Shown: positions 14,956 through 24,586 of the stretch, one piece after another
How positions within the stretch are numbered: position 1 is the stretch's first letter
Layout of the letters: the number at the start of each line of letters is the position of its first letter
Origin: Candidatus Hebobacteria bacterium
Lineage (GTDB): Bacteria > Armatimonadota > Hebobacteria > Hebobacterales > Hebobacteraceae
Direction of reading: 5' to 3'
Assembly (NCBI GenBank): GCA_029821235.1
Contig: JALGTT010000001.1
Coordinates: forward strand, 1 to 32,443
Length of the DNA: 32,443 bases
The notes under the pieces: model-generated
Told to the model about the DNA's origin: nothing
Seen by the model: only the letters and a program-made list of their open reading frames with translations
Database searches by the model: none
Made by a program: the position numbers and the translations under genes

Positions 14956-16899
14956 TTGGCTGAGATAGCTACCATCTGTCCCTACTGCGGTTGTGGTTGC
15001 GGCCTCTACCTGCACGTGGTCAACAGTCGCGTGGTCGGCACCGCGCCGATGCGAGTCCACCCCGTCTCCCAGGGGCGCCTCTGCCTCAAGGGGTGGCACG
15101 CACACGAGTTGTCCGACAGCCCCGACCGGCTCACCCGCCCGCTGGTGCGCCGCGGAGGCGAACTCCACGAGGCCTCCTGGGAGGAGGCGGTGAGCGAGGT
15201 GGTGCGCGGCCTGCAGGGGGTCGTGGAGACGGCGGGGCCGCAGGCGGTGGGAGTGCTGGGGAGCGCGCGCTGCTCGAACGAGGACAACTACCTGCTGGCG
15301 CGGTTCGCCCGCGCGGTGATCGGGACCTCAAACCTGGACTCCAGCCTGGCCGCCTATTCCCTGCCGGAGAGAATCGCGGAGGTCGGCGACGCGCAAATCG
15401 CCGATCTCGATGACAGCGACCTCATCATTCTGGTGGGAGTGGAGTTGGGGGAGGAGGAGCCCGCGGTGGGAGCGCACGTCTACCGCGCGCTCCAGCGGGG
15501 AACCAGGCTCATCACCGCCTCCGTGCGCCAACATTCCCTCGCCCACTTGGCGCAGCTCCATCTGCCCGTGCGGCCGGGCGGGGAAGCCGCGGCTCTGGGA
15601 AGCCTCCTCCACGAACTGGTGGTGGAGCGGAAACTCGCCGGCGACGCGGACGTCTCCGACCTCACCGCCGCCCTCGCCGACCTGAAGCCGGCCGGGTCGG
15701 AGGCGAAGACGGGCCTCGCCGCGGCCGCGGTGCGCGAGGCGGCCGACCTGTACCAGGCGGCCGAAAAAGTGGTATTGGTCTTCTCCAGCGCGCTGGCCTC
15801 CTCTCCGGAGGGCACGCGTGCGCTCTCGGTATTGCGCGCGTTCCGCGCGCTCGGCGCGGGCCCGCGGGTGGCCCTGCTGGGCCTGCTGGGGCGGTGCAAC
15901 CTCTACGGCTGCTGGGACATGGGGGTGAGGCACGGATTCCTGCCCGGCGCGCCCACCGGCGACATGGCTGCTGCAGGGCGTCTGAAGGGCATCTGGGGCG
16001 ATTTCAACAGTGAAGCGGGTCTTCCGGCCTGGGGCATGATGGACCAATGCCAGGCCCTGTACGTGATGGGGGACGACCCCAGCCGCAATCTCCCGGACTG
16101 GGCGGCGCGGCGGGAGAAGTTGGAGAGCATGAGGCTCCTGGTGGTGCAGGACCTGTTCATGAGCCCCCTTGCCGAACTCGCACACGTGGTGCTGCCCGCC
16201 GCCTCCTTCGCCGAGAAAGACGGCACCGTGACCAACCTGGAGGGCCGCGTGCAACTCGTGCGGGCCGCCGTGGCGTCCCCCGGCGAGGCAAGGGAGGACT
16301 GGCGCATCATCGCCGAACTGAGCCGGGCCTTCGGCAAGGCCCTCTCCTACCAAACCGCGGCCGACATATTCGCGGAGATCGCCCAGGCGGTTCCCGCCTA
16401 CGCGGGGCTCTCCCACGACGGGCTGAAGGCCCCGGGAGGCGGGCAGACATCCCGGCCCGGCGCGGCGAAGGCGGACGAAGGGGCGGCCGCCGCCCTGCGC
16501 GGCGCGGAGGGAGCGGTGGAGGCCGACGAGCAGTTCCCCCTGGTCCTGGTGGCCGACGCCACCCTGGGGCCATGGGCGGAAGAAGTCAGCGTCTCTCACA
16601 TGCCGGTGGCGGGGCGGGAGTTCACGGTGATGAGCAAGGACTACCCGGACGGGATGCTCATCCTGAACCCCGCGGACGGAAGAAAGAACGACCTGCGCCC
16701 GGGCCGCGCCGCGGAGGTCGCTTCTGCCAATGGGGCGGGGCGCATGCAGGTGAAATTCAGCGAGGACGTGCCGGAGGGAGTGGCGGTAACCCCCTACCAC
16801 CACGCCGCCCGGCACCGCATCATGAACATCGTCACCGAGCCGGACACGGGAAGGCCGCTCTTCGTTCCCACTCCGGTGTCGGTGGGAGTTGGCAAGTGA
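14956..16899 (+). CDS. formate dehydrogenase alpha-like molybdopterin oxidoreductase family protein lacking the Cys/Sec Mo ligand
   Basis: 647 aa. TTG start with GGAAGGGAGGA upstream. N-terminal [4Fe-4S] motif CPYCGCGC...CLKGW. Collinear with FdhF through RFARAVIGTSNLD, and has a C-terminal molybdopterin-dinucleotide-binding-type domain. The segment where FdhF has CARVUHGPSV reads SSLAAYSLPERI. Confidence 0.85.
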   Translation: MAEIATICPYCGCGCGLYLHVVNSRVVGTAPMRVHPVSQGRLCLKGWHAHELSDSPDRLTRPLVRRGGELHEASWEEAVSEVVRGLQGVVETAGPQAVGVLGSARCSNEDNYLLARFARAVIGTSNLDSSLAAYSLPERIAEVGDAQIADLDDSDLIILVGVELGEEEPAVGAHVYRALQRGTRLITASVRQHSLAHLAQLHLPVRPGGEAAALGSLLHELVVERKLAGDADVSDLTAALADLKPAGSEAKTGLAAAAVREAADLYQAAEKVVLVFSSALASSPEGTRALSVLRAFRALGAGPRVALLGLLGRCNLYGCWDMGVRHGFLPGAPTGDMAAAGRLKGIWGDFNSEAGLPAWGMMDQCQALYVMGDDPSRNLPDWAARREKLESMRLLVVQDLFMSPLAELAHVVLPAASFAEKDGTVTNLEGRVQLVRAAVASPGEAREDWRIIAELSRAFGKALSYQTAADIFAEIAQAVPAYAGLSHDGLKAPGGGQTSRPGAAKADEGAAAALRGAEGAVEADEQFPLVLVADATLGPWAEEVSVSHMPVAGREFTVMSKDYPDGMLILNPADGRKNDLRPGRAAEVASANGAGRMQVKFSEDVPEGVAVTPYHHAARHRIMNIVTEPDTGRPLFVPTPVSVGVGK

Positions 16900-16927
16900 A
16901 GGGGCCAAGGGGTAGGGAGGATTGCCG

Positions 16928-17959
16928 ATGAGTTCTTACTTTCTGCCGCGGGACCGAGTGGACGAATTGGTCGCCCGCCTCCTTCAGTCCGCGGAGGTGA
17001 TCGCGCCCAAGCGGGTGGAGACGGGAGACGTCTTCTACAGCCCCGTCTCTTCGCCGGCCGAGGTGGCTTGGGACTACAAGACCGCCGTGGAGCCGCTCAA
17101 GCGGTTCCTGTTCCCCCAGCGGGAGCCCATCCTTCAGTTCTCCAGGGAAGAAGGGAAGCTCAAGGTGGAGGCGGTGTTGGAGGGCAAGGAACGGATCTTC
17201 CTCGGCGTGAGAGGATGTGACGTCACCGGCGTCGCCGTGCTGGACGCCATGTTCGGGGGTGAGATCGAGGATCCGTACTACCTGGCCCAGCGGCAGCGGG
17301 CGACCTTCATCGCGCTCGCCTGCCTGGAGGCGGACGAACACTGCTTCTGCGTGTGCGGGGACGCGGGGCCCTTCCTCAAGAACGGCTACGACCAGCAGTG
17401 GATCCCCCTCGCGGAGGGCATGTTGATCGAGGTGGGCTCGGAGAAGGGACAGGCCCTCGCCGACGCGCACCAGGACCTGCTCTCCCCGGCCGAGCCGGAG
17501 CAGGTGGCCGAGAAACTGCAACTGGCGAAGAAGGCGGAGGAGAGTTTCGGCGAGTTCCGCTCCTACATCGCGGCGGCGATGCGCCGGCTCACCATGGCCG
17601 AGACGCCGGACGAGGTGTGGGAAAAACTCGCCGACAACTGCGTCGAGTGCGGCGGATGCACCTTCCTGTGTCCCACCTGCTCCTGCTTCACCGTCACCAG
17701 CCGCGAGGAGGGCGACGGCGGAATGTTAGAGCGCCAATGGGACGCCTGCCTGTATCCCTGCTACGCGCGGGAGGCGAGCGGGCACAATCCCCGGGGCGAG
17801 CACCCGCAGCGGCTGCGCGCCCGCTTCTTCCACAAGTTGAGCCACCAATGGGCGCAGCGCAACGGAAGGCATGCGTGTGTGGGATGCGGCCGGTGTGTCG
17901 TGGGGTGCCAGGCCTGGGCCCACATGTCGGCCGCCACTGAAGCCATTCGGCGAGGTTGA
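16928..17959 (+). CDS. multi-[4Fe-4S] protein, sulfhydrogenase beta (HydB) / AsrA-like
   Basis: 343 aa counted from the ATG at 16928, which has GGAGG 7 nt upstream. Two ferredoxin motifs (CVECGGCTFLCP and CVGCGRCVVGCQ) plus the extra Cys cluster CLEADEHCFCVCGD. The size matches HydB/AsrA. Confidence 0.78.
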   Translation: MSSYFLPRDRVDELVARLLQSAEVIAPKRVETGDVFYSPVSSPAEVAWDYKTAVEPLKRFLFPQREPILQFSREEGKLKVEAVLEGKERIFLGVRGCDVTGVAVLDAMFGGEIEDPYYLAQRQRATFIALACLEADEHCFCVCGDAGPFLKNGYDQQWIPLAEGMLIEVGSEKGQALADAHQDLLSPAEPEQVAEKLQLAKKAEESFGEFRSYIAAAMRRLTMAETPDEVWEKLADNCVECGGCTFLCPTCSCFTVTSREEGDGGMLERQWDACLYPCYAREASGHNPRGEHPQRLRARFFHKLSHQWAQRNGRHACVGCGRCVVGCQAWAHMSAATEAIRRG

Positions 17960-17964
17960 GCAAG

Positions 17965-18795
17965 ATGAGTAACCCCTATTTGCCGGACATAGCCACCATC
18001 CAGCGGGTCAAGCAGGAGACCTACGACACCACGACCTTCACCCTCAAGTTCGATGACCCGGGAGCCTGGGAGAAGTTCCGCTTCCAGCCCGGCCAGTTCG
18101 TCGAGATCTCCGTGTTCGGGGCCGGCGAGGCCCCCTTCTGCATCTCCTCCAGCGCCCACGGCCGCGAGGACTTCGACATCACCGTCCGCCGCCTGGGCCG
18201 GGTGACCCAGGCGCTGCACGACATGAGCGAGGGGGACCAGGTGGGCGTGCGGGGGCCGCTGGGCAACTCCTTCCCCCTCGACGAGGTGGCGGGAAAGCAC
18301 ATCCTGTTCGTGGGCGGCGGACTGGGGCTGGCGCCGCTCCGCCCGCAGATCCTGGACGTCTACCGGCAACGCGACAAGTTCCAGTCGGTAACCGTGCTCT
18401 ACGGGGCCCGCACCCCGGACGACCTGATCTACCGGGACGAACTGGAGCAGTGGCAGAACCTGGAGGGGATGCGCTGCCTGCTCACGGTGGACGTGGGCAA
18501 CGACCAATGGACCGGCAATGTGGGCGTGGTGGGCTCCCTCCTGTCGGAGGTCAAGTTCGACGTCAGCCAGGCCGTCGTCTTCGTGTGCGGCCCGCCGATC
18601 ATGATCAGATTCGTGGTCCGGGACCTGGTGGCGATGGGCTTCGGAGAGGACGAGATCATCAGCACCCTGGAGAGGCACATGCGCTGTGGAATCGGCAAGT
18701 GCAACCACTGCATCCACGGCGACAAGTACATCTGCCTGGATGGGCCGGTGTTCACTTTCCGCCAGATGAAGGCGATGATGGAGTTGGAGCCGTGA
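17965..18795 (+). CDS. FAD/NAD(P)H-binding [2Fe-2S] oxidoreductase, sulfhydrogenase gamma (HydG) / AsrB / PyrK-like
   Basis: 276 aa. Ferredoxin-reductase-type fold with GGGLGLAP nucleotide motif and C-terminal MRCGIGKCNHC...ICLDGPVF [2Fe-2S] motif. An alternative TTG start at 17956 overlaps the upstream stop. Confidence 0.85.
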   Translation: MSNPYLPDIATIQRVKQETYDTTTFTLKFDDPGAWEKFRFQPGQFVEISVFGAGEAPFCISSSAHGREDFDITVRRLGRVTQALHDMSEGDQVGVRGPLGNSFPLDEVAGKHILFVGGGLGLAPLRPQILDVYRQRDKFQSVTVLYGARTPDDLIYRDELEQWQNLEGMRCLLTVDVGNDQWTGNVGVVGSLLSEVKFDVSQAVVFVCGPPIMIRFVVRDLVAMGFGEDEIISTLERHMRCGIGKCNHCIHGDKYICLDGPVFTFRQMKAMMELEP

Positions 18796-19286
18796 TCTCC
18801 GGAGAAGCGGTGCCGGAGGCGCTCGCGGAGTGGCTGCGCCGGGATACGCTGATCCTGTGCGTGGGCAACCGCTGGCTCGGGGATGACGCGGCCGGGCCCC
18901 TGGTCGCCGACGGTGTGGCGGGCGCGGTGGACTGCGGGGACGCCCCCGAGCGGTTCCTCGACCTGGCCGGCTCCCCGGAGGTGGCGCAGGTGCTGGTGGT
19001 GGACGCGGTGGACATCGGGGGCGAGCCGGGCGAGATCGTGTTCTGCGGCCGCGAGGACCTGACCGAGCGGTTCGGCACCACCCATGATGCGGGGTTGGCG
19101 GTGCTCGCCCGCTTCCTGTCCGAGGCCCACGGCAAGGAAATGCGCGTGCTGGGGATCCAGCCCGCGCGCACGGGGGTGGGGACGGAGGTCAGCGAAGCGG
19201 TGCGCGGCGCAGTGGGCCGCGTCGCCGCCTGGCTGGCGCGGGCACAACAGCGAGAACAGGTGGAGACAGCATGGACCCAGTCGTGA
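18792..19286 (+). CDS. hycI: hydrogenase maturation endopeptidase (HycI/HyaD family)
   Basis: 164 aa. The GTG start overlaps the upstream TGA. Conserved metal-ligand contexts GNRWLGDDAAG, VVDAVDIGGEPG and GTTHDAG. Confidence 0.8.
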   Translation: MISGEAVPEALAEWLRRDTLILCVGNRWLGDDAAGPLVADGVAGAVDCGDAPERFLDLAGSPEVAQVLVVDAVDIGGEPGEIVFCGREDLTERFGTTHDAGLAVLARFLSEAHGKEMRVLGIQPARTGVGTEVSEAVRGAVGRVAAWLARAQQREQVETAWTQS

Positions 19287-20728
19287 TGACACTGCTGGTG
19301 GTTCCTTTTGCCGGCGCCCTGCTATGCGGCGTGCTGTCGCGAGGGGCGAAGGCGGCGGCCGCGCTGGTGGCCTTGGTGGTGATGGCGCTGGCGATCATCA
19401 CCGTCTGGCAGGCCTGGCCTCTGTTCCCCGATGGTTGGAACACCACCTTCGGCCAGCTTTCCTGGATGCCGGGGGGCCTGGGCTCCATCCAACTCTTCGG
19501 CGCCCTGGTGGACCCGCTCAGTTCCCTGATGCTGTTGCTGGTCACCGTGGTGGGGTTCGTGGTGGTGCTCTATTCCACCGGCTACCTCACCTCCCGCAAC
19601 GTCGAGCACGCCTACCGGGAGGGCGACAACCGCTACTACTTCTGGCTCCTCTTCTTCCTCGGCTCCATGGTGGGGGTGGCGGTGTCGCCCAATCTCCTCC
19701 AGATGTTCTTGTTCTGGGAAATGACCACCATCTGCTCCTGGGCCCTCATCTCCCATACCCACACCGGAGTCGCCCAGCGGGCCGGCTTCAAGGCCCTGGT
19801 CATCACCCACATCGGCGGGCTCGGCTTCCTGGTCGCCCTTGCCTTCCTGCTGGTGTTCGCGCAGAGTTTCGAGTTCACCGCCCTCGGCAAGCTGGGCGGG
19901 GGCATGAAGACCGCCGCCTTCCTCCTGTTGCTGGCGGCGGCCTGGGCGAAGTCCGCCCAGGTCCCCTTCCACACCTGGCTGCCCGACGCCATGGAAGCCC
20001 CCACCCCCATCAGCGCCTATCTCCACGCGGCGGCGATGGTGAAGGCGGGGGTGTTCCTGGTCGCCCGCCTCATCCAGGCGAGTTGGGAGATGCCCTCCCT
20101 GTTCGGCGCCGTGCTGCTGGCGGGGGCGCTCGTCACCATTCTGATGGCGGTGATCAACTACTTCCGCCAGGACGACCTCAAGCGGCTGCTCGCCTACTCG
20201 ACCATCGCCCACCTCGGCTACGTGATGGTGGGGTGTGCGCTCGGGGTATACGGCTCCTGGATGGGATTCCAGGGCGGGGTGCTCCACATCCTCTGCCACG
20301 GGGTGGCGAAGGGCACCCTCTTTCTGTGTGCGGGTGCGCTCGCCTACGGCGCGGGCACGCGGAGCATCAGCAAACTGCAGGGCATGGGGCGAAGGATGCC
20401 CCTGGTGGGGGCCGCCTTCATGGTGGGAGCCCTCGCCGTCACGGGCATCCCGCCTCTCGCCACCTTCTGGAGCAAACTCTACATCTTCGCCGGAGCGCTG
20501 GACGTGCGCGCGGGTGGAGTGCTCCTCGCCGTGCTGGCGGTGGAGAGCGTGGTCGCCTTCTCCTGGTTCATCTACGTGGGGCACCGCATCTTCCTGGGCG
20601 AGCCCTCCGAGGAGGCGGAGACCACCCCGCTACCGGCGGCGATGAGCGTCTCCCTGGTGATCGGAATGTTGCTGTGTGTGCTCGCCCCCGTCGTCGGCGT
20701 GCCGCTGGTGAGAATGATTCTGCCCTGA
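19271..20728 (+). CDS. hyfD: antiporter-like membrane subunit (NuoM/N, HyfD-like)
   Basis: 485 aa polytopic protein with the WLPDAMEAPTPISAYLHAAAMVKAGVFL proton-pump motif. Size is close to E. coli HyfD. Confidence 0.82.
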   Translation: MDPVVMTLLVVPFAGALLCGVLSRGAKAAAALVALVVMALAIITVWQAWPLFPDGWNTTFGQLSWMPGGLGSIQLFGALVDPLSSLMLLLVTVVGFVVVLYSTGYLTSRNVEHAYREGDNRYYFWLLFFLGSMVGVAVSPNLLQMFLFWEMTTICSWALISHTHTGVAQRAGFKALVITHIGGLGFLVALAFLLVFAQSFEFTALGKLGGGMKTAAFLLLLAAAWAKSAQVPFHTWLPDAMEAPTPISAYLHAAAMVKAGVFLVARLIQASWEMPSLFGAVLLAGALVTILMAVINYFRQDDLKRLLAYSTIAHLGYVMVGCALGVYGSWMGFQGGVLHILCHGVAKGTLFLCAGALAYGAGTRSISKLQGMGRRMPLVGAAFMVGALAVTGIPPLATFWSKLYIFAGALDVRAGGVLLAVLAVESVVAFSWFIYVGHRIFLGEPSEEAETTPLPAAMSVSLVIGMLLCVLAPVVGVPLVRMILP

Positions 20729-20758
20729 CAGGGGATTCGGCCCTATCTGCGAGGTGAC

Positions 20759-22849
20759 ATGATGAATGCAGCACAACTTGTACTGGCCGGTTGGGGACTG
20801 CTGATCTGTGGCGCCGCGGCATGCGCCGTCGTCTCCGCGCGGCGCAACCTGGTGGGGCCGCTGGCCTTCCTGTTCGTGGTCGGCTCCTCCGTGCTGGTGC
20901 TGCCGGCCGCCCTCTCCGTGCTGGTGCAGAACCGGGCCGCGGAGACGGGGGCTCTGCTCGCGCTCCCCGGCGTGCAGGCCTCCCTCGCCTTCCGGGTGGA
21001 TCAACTCAGCGCGCTCTTCCTGCTCATCACCGCGGTGATCGCCCCGCTGGCCACGCTCTACTCCATCCCCTACATGCTCAAATACCGGAACCAGGGCCTG
21101 CTGAGGTACTATCCGCTGTTCCTGCTCTTCTTCGCCGGCCTCATCGGCGTGGTGTGCGCGGCCGACTGGCTCTTCTTCCTGGTGTTCTGGGAGTTCATGA
21201 CCGTCTGCTCCTACTTCCTGGTGATCTTCACCAAGGAGGACCGGACGGCGGCGCGGGCGGGGCTCAAGTACATCGTGATGACCCACGGCGCCACCGCCCT
21301 CATGCTGATCGCGGCGATCGTGACCTGGAAGACGGCGCAGCCTCATTCCTTCAGCTTCGAAGCGGCCAAAGCGACCATGGCGCAGCTCGCGGCGACCAGG
21401 CCCGTCCTCCTGCATGTGCTGCTGGCGCTGTGGTTCGTGGGGTTCGCCACCAAGGCAGGGGTGCTCCCCCTCGGGGACTGGCTGCCCGACGCCTACCCGG
21501 CCGCCCCCAGCGGGGCCGCCGCGGTGTTCGGCGGCATGATGTCGAAGTTCGGCATCTACGGCCTGCTCCGGGTCTTCCTGGATATGGTTCCTGCCTGCGA
21601 GTTCTCCACCGTGTGGGGGATCGTGATTGCGGTGGCCGGGGCCAGCTCCATCTTCCTCGGCACCCTGAGCGCCCTCGCCCAGGACGATTCCAAGCGCCTC
21701 ATGTCCTTCCACGTGATCGGGCAGATCGGCTACATGCTGCTGGCCATCGGCGCCGGCATCTACCTGTTGCCGGTGAACGGCGCGCTGGCCGCGCTGGCGA
21801 TCATGGCGGGGGTGTTCCACCTGGTCAACAATGTGTGCTACAAGACCCTGTTGTTCTTCACCGCCGGCTCCCTCTCGTTCCGCGCCGGGGAAACCAACCT
21901 GAACCGGCTCTCGGGCATGTGGACGGTGATGCCCGTCACCGGGGTGGCCGCGCTGATCGGGTCCCTCTCCATCGCCGGCGTCCCCCCGTTCAACGGCTTC
22001 GCCAGCAAGTGGATGATCTACCACGCCACCATCCTGGGAGTGCCGGGGATGCCGTTGTTCCTCCTGCTGGGGATCCTCGCCCTCTTCGTATCCCTGGTCA
22101 CCCTCGCCTCCTTCCTCAAGTTCCTCGGCGGGGCCTTCATGGGCCCCACCGCGCTTCGCGAAGAGGAGGCGGAGAAGGGCGACGTGCCCTTCGCCATGCA
22201 GTTCCCCCAGATGTTCCTCGCCGCCCTCTGCATCGCCTTCGGGCTGGTGCCGATGCTCGCCCTGGCCGGCATCCATCGGGCGGTGGGCGCGGTGCTGCCG
22301 GTGCAGTCCGTCCCCTCGCTGTCCAGCCTGGTGGGCAACTCCTGGGCCGGGCTCCAGTTGAGCGCCTTCGGGGGGGAGGCGACTGGGGTCTGGTATCCGG
22401 TGGTGGTGCTAGGGGCGCTCGCCGTGGGAATGGCCTTTGCCTACTGGGTGTTCAGGCTGGGCGCCGCCCCGCGCCGGGCCGTGGACATGTGGCAGTGCGG
22501 CGCGTTGGTGGACGGCGCGCTGGCTCGCTACCTGGTGGTGGAGCCGAAACACGAGCCGGCCACCGCCCAGTTCGAGGCCCGCTTCCAGGCCCACGGACTC
22601 TACTCCTGTTTCAAGGTGGCCTTTCGCTCCGTCTACCCGTCGGTGCCGCTGCCCCATGCCGGCTATCCGACGCGGTTCATGAAGATATTCGATGTCGACG
22701 CCTGGCTCTTCGGTCCTCTCGTCCGGTTGGGGAACCGGCTGACCGGAGCCTTGAGCCGCACCCACTCCGGGGTCCCCCAGATGTATCTCATCTGGCAGCT
22801 GGTGGGCCTGGTGGCCGTGGTCGTCCTGTTGGCCGTGTGGGCCAATTAG
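20759..22849 (+). CDS. hyfB: antiporter-like membrane subunit (NuoL, HyfB/HycC-like)
   Basis: 696 aa. DWLPDAYPAAPSGAAAVFGGMMSKFGIYGLLRV motif, with the long C-terminal extension characteristic of HycC/HyfB. Confidence 0.85.
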   Translation: MMNAAQLVLAGWGLLICGAAACAVVSARRNLVGPLAFLFVVGSSVLVLPAALSVLVQNRAAETGALLALPGVQASLAFRVDQLSALFLLITAVIAPLATLYSIPYMLKYRNQGLLRYYPLFLLFFAGLIGVVCAADWLFFLVFWEFMTVCSYFLVIFTKEDRTAARAGLKYIVMTHGATALMLIAAIVTWKTAQPHSFSFEAAKATMAQLAATRPVLLHVLLALWFVGFATKAGVLPLGDWLPDAYPAAPSGAAAVFGGMMSKFGIYGLLRVFLDMVPACEFSTVWGIVIAVAGASSIFLGTLSALAQDDSKRLMSFHVIGQIGYMLLAIGAGIYLLPVNGALAALAIMAGVFHLVNNVCYKTLLFFTAGSLSFRAGETNLNRLSGMWTVMPVTGVAALIGSLSIAGVPPFNGFASKWMIYHATILGVPGMPLFLLLGILALFVSLVTLASFLKFLGGAFMGPTALREEEAEKGDVPFAMQFPQMFLAALCIAFGLVPMLALAGIHRAVGAVLPVQSVPSLSSLVGNSWAGLQLSAFGGEATGVWYPVVVLGALAVGMAFAYWVFRLGAAPRRAVDMWQCGALVDGALARYLVVEPKHEPATAQFEARFQAHGLYSCFKVAFRSVYPSVPLPHAGYPTRFMKIFDVDAWLFGPLVRLGNRLTGALSRTHSGVPQMYLIWQLVGLVAVVVLLAVWAN

Positions 22850-22872
22850 GGTGAGGGGAAAGGGAGAGTTCC

Positions 22873-24573
22873 ATGACGAGTGTTGAGCTGATTGGCAAAC
22901 TGCGGGAGAAGTTCGGGGCCGCCATCCAAGACGTCTGCGAACTTACCCCCAGCAAGGTGCGAGTGGAGGTGGCGCCTGCCTCCGTGGTGCCGGTCTGCGA
23001 GGCGCTGTACCGGGACCTCGGCGCGCGCTTCCTCATCACCGCCGGCATCGATTCCCGCGCCGTGCGGGGCTGCTTCGACGTGGATCACATCTTCTCACTC
23101 GACCCCGACAAGATGTTCGTGATCGTGCGGGCGAGCGTCCCGCCGGAGAGGGCGACGTTGGACTCCATCACTCCGCGGGTTCCGGCCGCCTTCTGGGCGG
23201 AGAGGGAGCTCTACGACGTGCTCGGCGTGAAGGCCGAGGGGCATCCCGACCCGCGCCGCCTGATCATGCCGGACGACTGGCCGGAGGGGCTGTTCCCGCT
23301 CCGCAAGGATGTGAAGTACGGCGACTGGCCGGCGGTGGGAGGCGAAAACGCCGATGCCTCCTACCCGTGGAAACCCGCCCCGGAGGGCACCTCCACGGTG
23401 GTCGTCGGCCCCTTCTTCCCGGTGCTGGAGGAGCCCGCGCAACTCCGGCTCTATGTTGACGGCGAACGGGTGGTGGACTGCGACTACCGCGGCTTCTACA
23501 GCCACCGCGGGATCGAGAAGATGGGCGACAGCGCCCTCACCTACAACGAGATCCCCTTCGTCGCGGAGCGCATCTGCGGCATCTGCGGGTTCATCCACTC
23601 CTCCTGCTACTGCGAGACCGCGGAGGAGGCGATGGGGATCCGCGCCCCCCGCCGGGCCCGCTACATCCGCTCCCTGATGCTGGAGGTGGAGCGGATCCAT
23701 TCCCACCTGCTGTGGCTGGGGATCGCCGGCCACATCATCGGGTTCGACACCGTGCTGATGCAGGCGTGGAGAGTCCGCGAGCCCATCATGTGGCTGTGCG
23801 AGAAGATCACCGGGAACCGCAAGACCTATGGCATGAACCTGGTCGGCGGAGTGCGGAGAGACATCCCGAAGGAAGTCCAGCCCGAACTGCTGGAGGTGGT
23901 GGACAAGATCGAGAAGGAAACGGTGGCGATCGTCAACGCGGTGATCGGCGACACCGTCCTCAAGGCGAGGCTGAGCGGCGTCGGCATGCTCCCGGAGGAG
24001 AAGGCCAAGGAGCTGGCCGTGGTGGGGCCCACCGTCCGGGGGTCCAATCTCCCCCTCGACGCGCGGGTGGACCACCCCTATGCCGCCTACGACGAGATTC
24101 CCCCCAAGGTCATCACCCACCCGGACTGCGACAACTGGGCGCGGGTGGTGGTGAGGCTGGAGGAGACCATCGAGTCCATCCGGTGGATCAGGGAGGGCCT
24201 CAAGCAGATGCCGGACGGACCGATCATGGCCTCCGACATTCCCGAGGACATCCCGCCCGAGCAGTGGGGCGTGTTCGTCGTGGAGGCCCCCAGGGGCGAG
24301 GCGATCCACTATGTGGTAACCGGCGGCGACAACCGCCCCGCGCGCTGGCGGGTGCGGGCGCCCACCTATCAGAACCTTCAGGCGCTGCCCTACCTGATCG
24401 AGCAGGAAACCATCGCCGACGTGCCCATCACGCTGGGCAGCATGGACCCGTGTTTCTCCTGCACCGAGCGCACCGAGATCATCAACGTGCGCTCCGGGGA
24501 AAGCAAAGTGCTGGACCAGCAGGAGTTACTCCGGCTCTCCCGCGAAGCCACCGAGCGGCTGCGGGGCCGGTGA
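22873..24573 (+). CDS. hyfG: group 4 [NiFe]-hydrogenase large subunit, NuoC-NuoD fusion (HycE/HyfG-like)
   Basis: 566 aa. N-terminal 30-kDa (NuoC) domain. N-terminal Ni-Fe ligand motif ERICGICGFIHS and C-terminal motif DPCFSCTER, followed by a 33-aa tail of the kind removed by HycI. Confidence 0.93.
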   Translation: MTSVELIGKLREKFGAAIQDVCELTPSKVRVEVAPASVVPVCEALYRDLGARFLITAGIDSRAVRGCFDVDHIFSLDPDKMFVIVRASVPPERATLDSITPRVPAAFWAERELYDVLGVKAEGHPDPRRLIMPDDWPEGLFPLRKDVKYGDWPAVGGENADASYPWKPAPEGTSTVVVGPFFPVLEEPAQLRLYVDGERVVDCDYRGFYSHRGIEKMGDSALTYNEIPFVAERICGICGFIHSSCYCETAEEAMGIRAPRRARYIRSLMLEVERIHSHLLWLGIAGHIIGFDTVLMQAWRVREPIMWLCEKITGNRKTYGMNLVGGVRRDIPKEVQPELLEVVDKIEKETVAIVNAVIGDTVLKARLSGVGMLPEEKAKELAVVGPTVRGSNLPLDARVDHPYAAYDEIPPKVITHPDCDNWARVVVRLEETIESIRWIREGLKQMPDGPIMASDIPEDIPPEQWGVFVVEAPRGEAIHYVVTGGDNRPARWRVRAPTYQNLQALPYLIEQETIADVPITLGSMDPCFSCTERTEIINVRSGESKVLDQQELLRLSREATERLRGR

Positions 24574-24586
24574 GGAGGCAGGGACG

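Noticed and set aside
14956-16899. Possible selenocysteine recoding in the formate-dehydrogenase-like gene.
   Set aside because: The ORF is uninterrupted, with no in-frame TGA. The position aligned to FdhF Sec140 is occupied by ordinary sense codons (LAAYS), so no SECIS-dependent recoding is needed.
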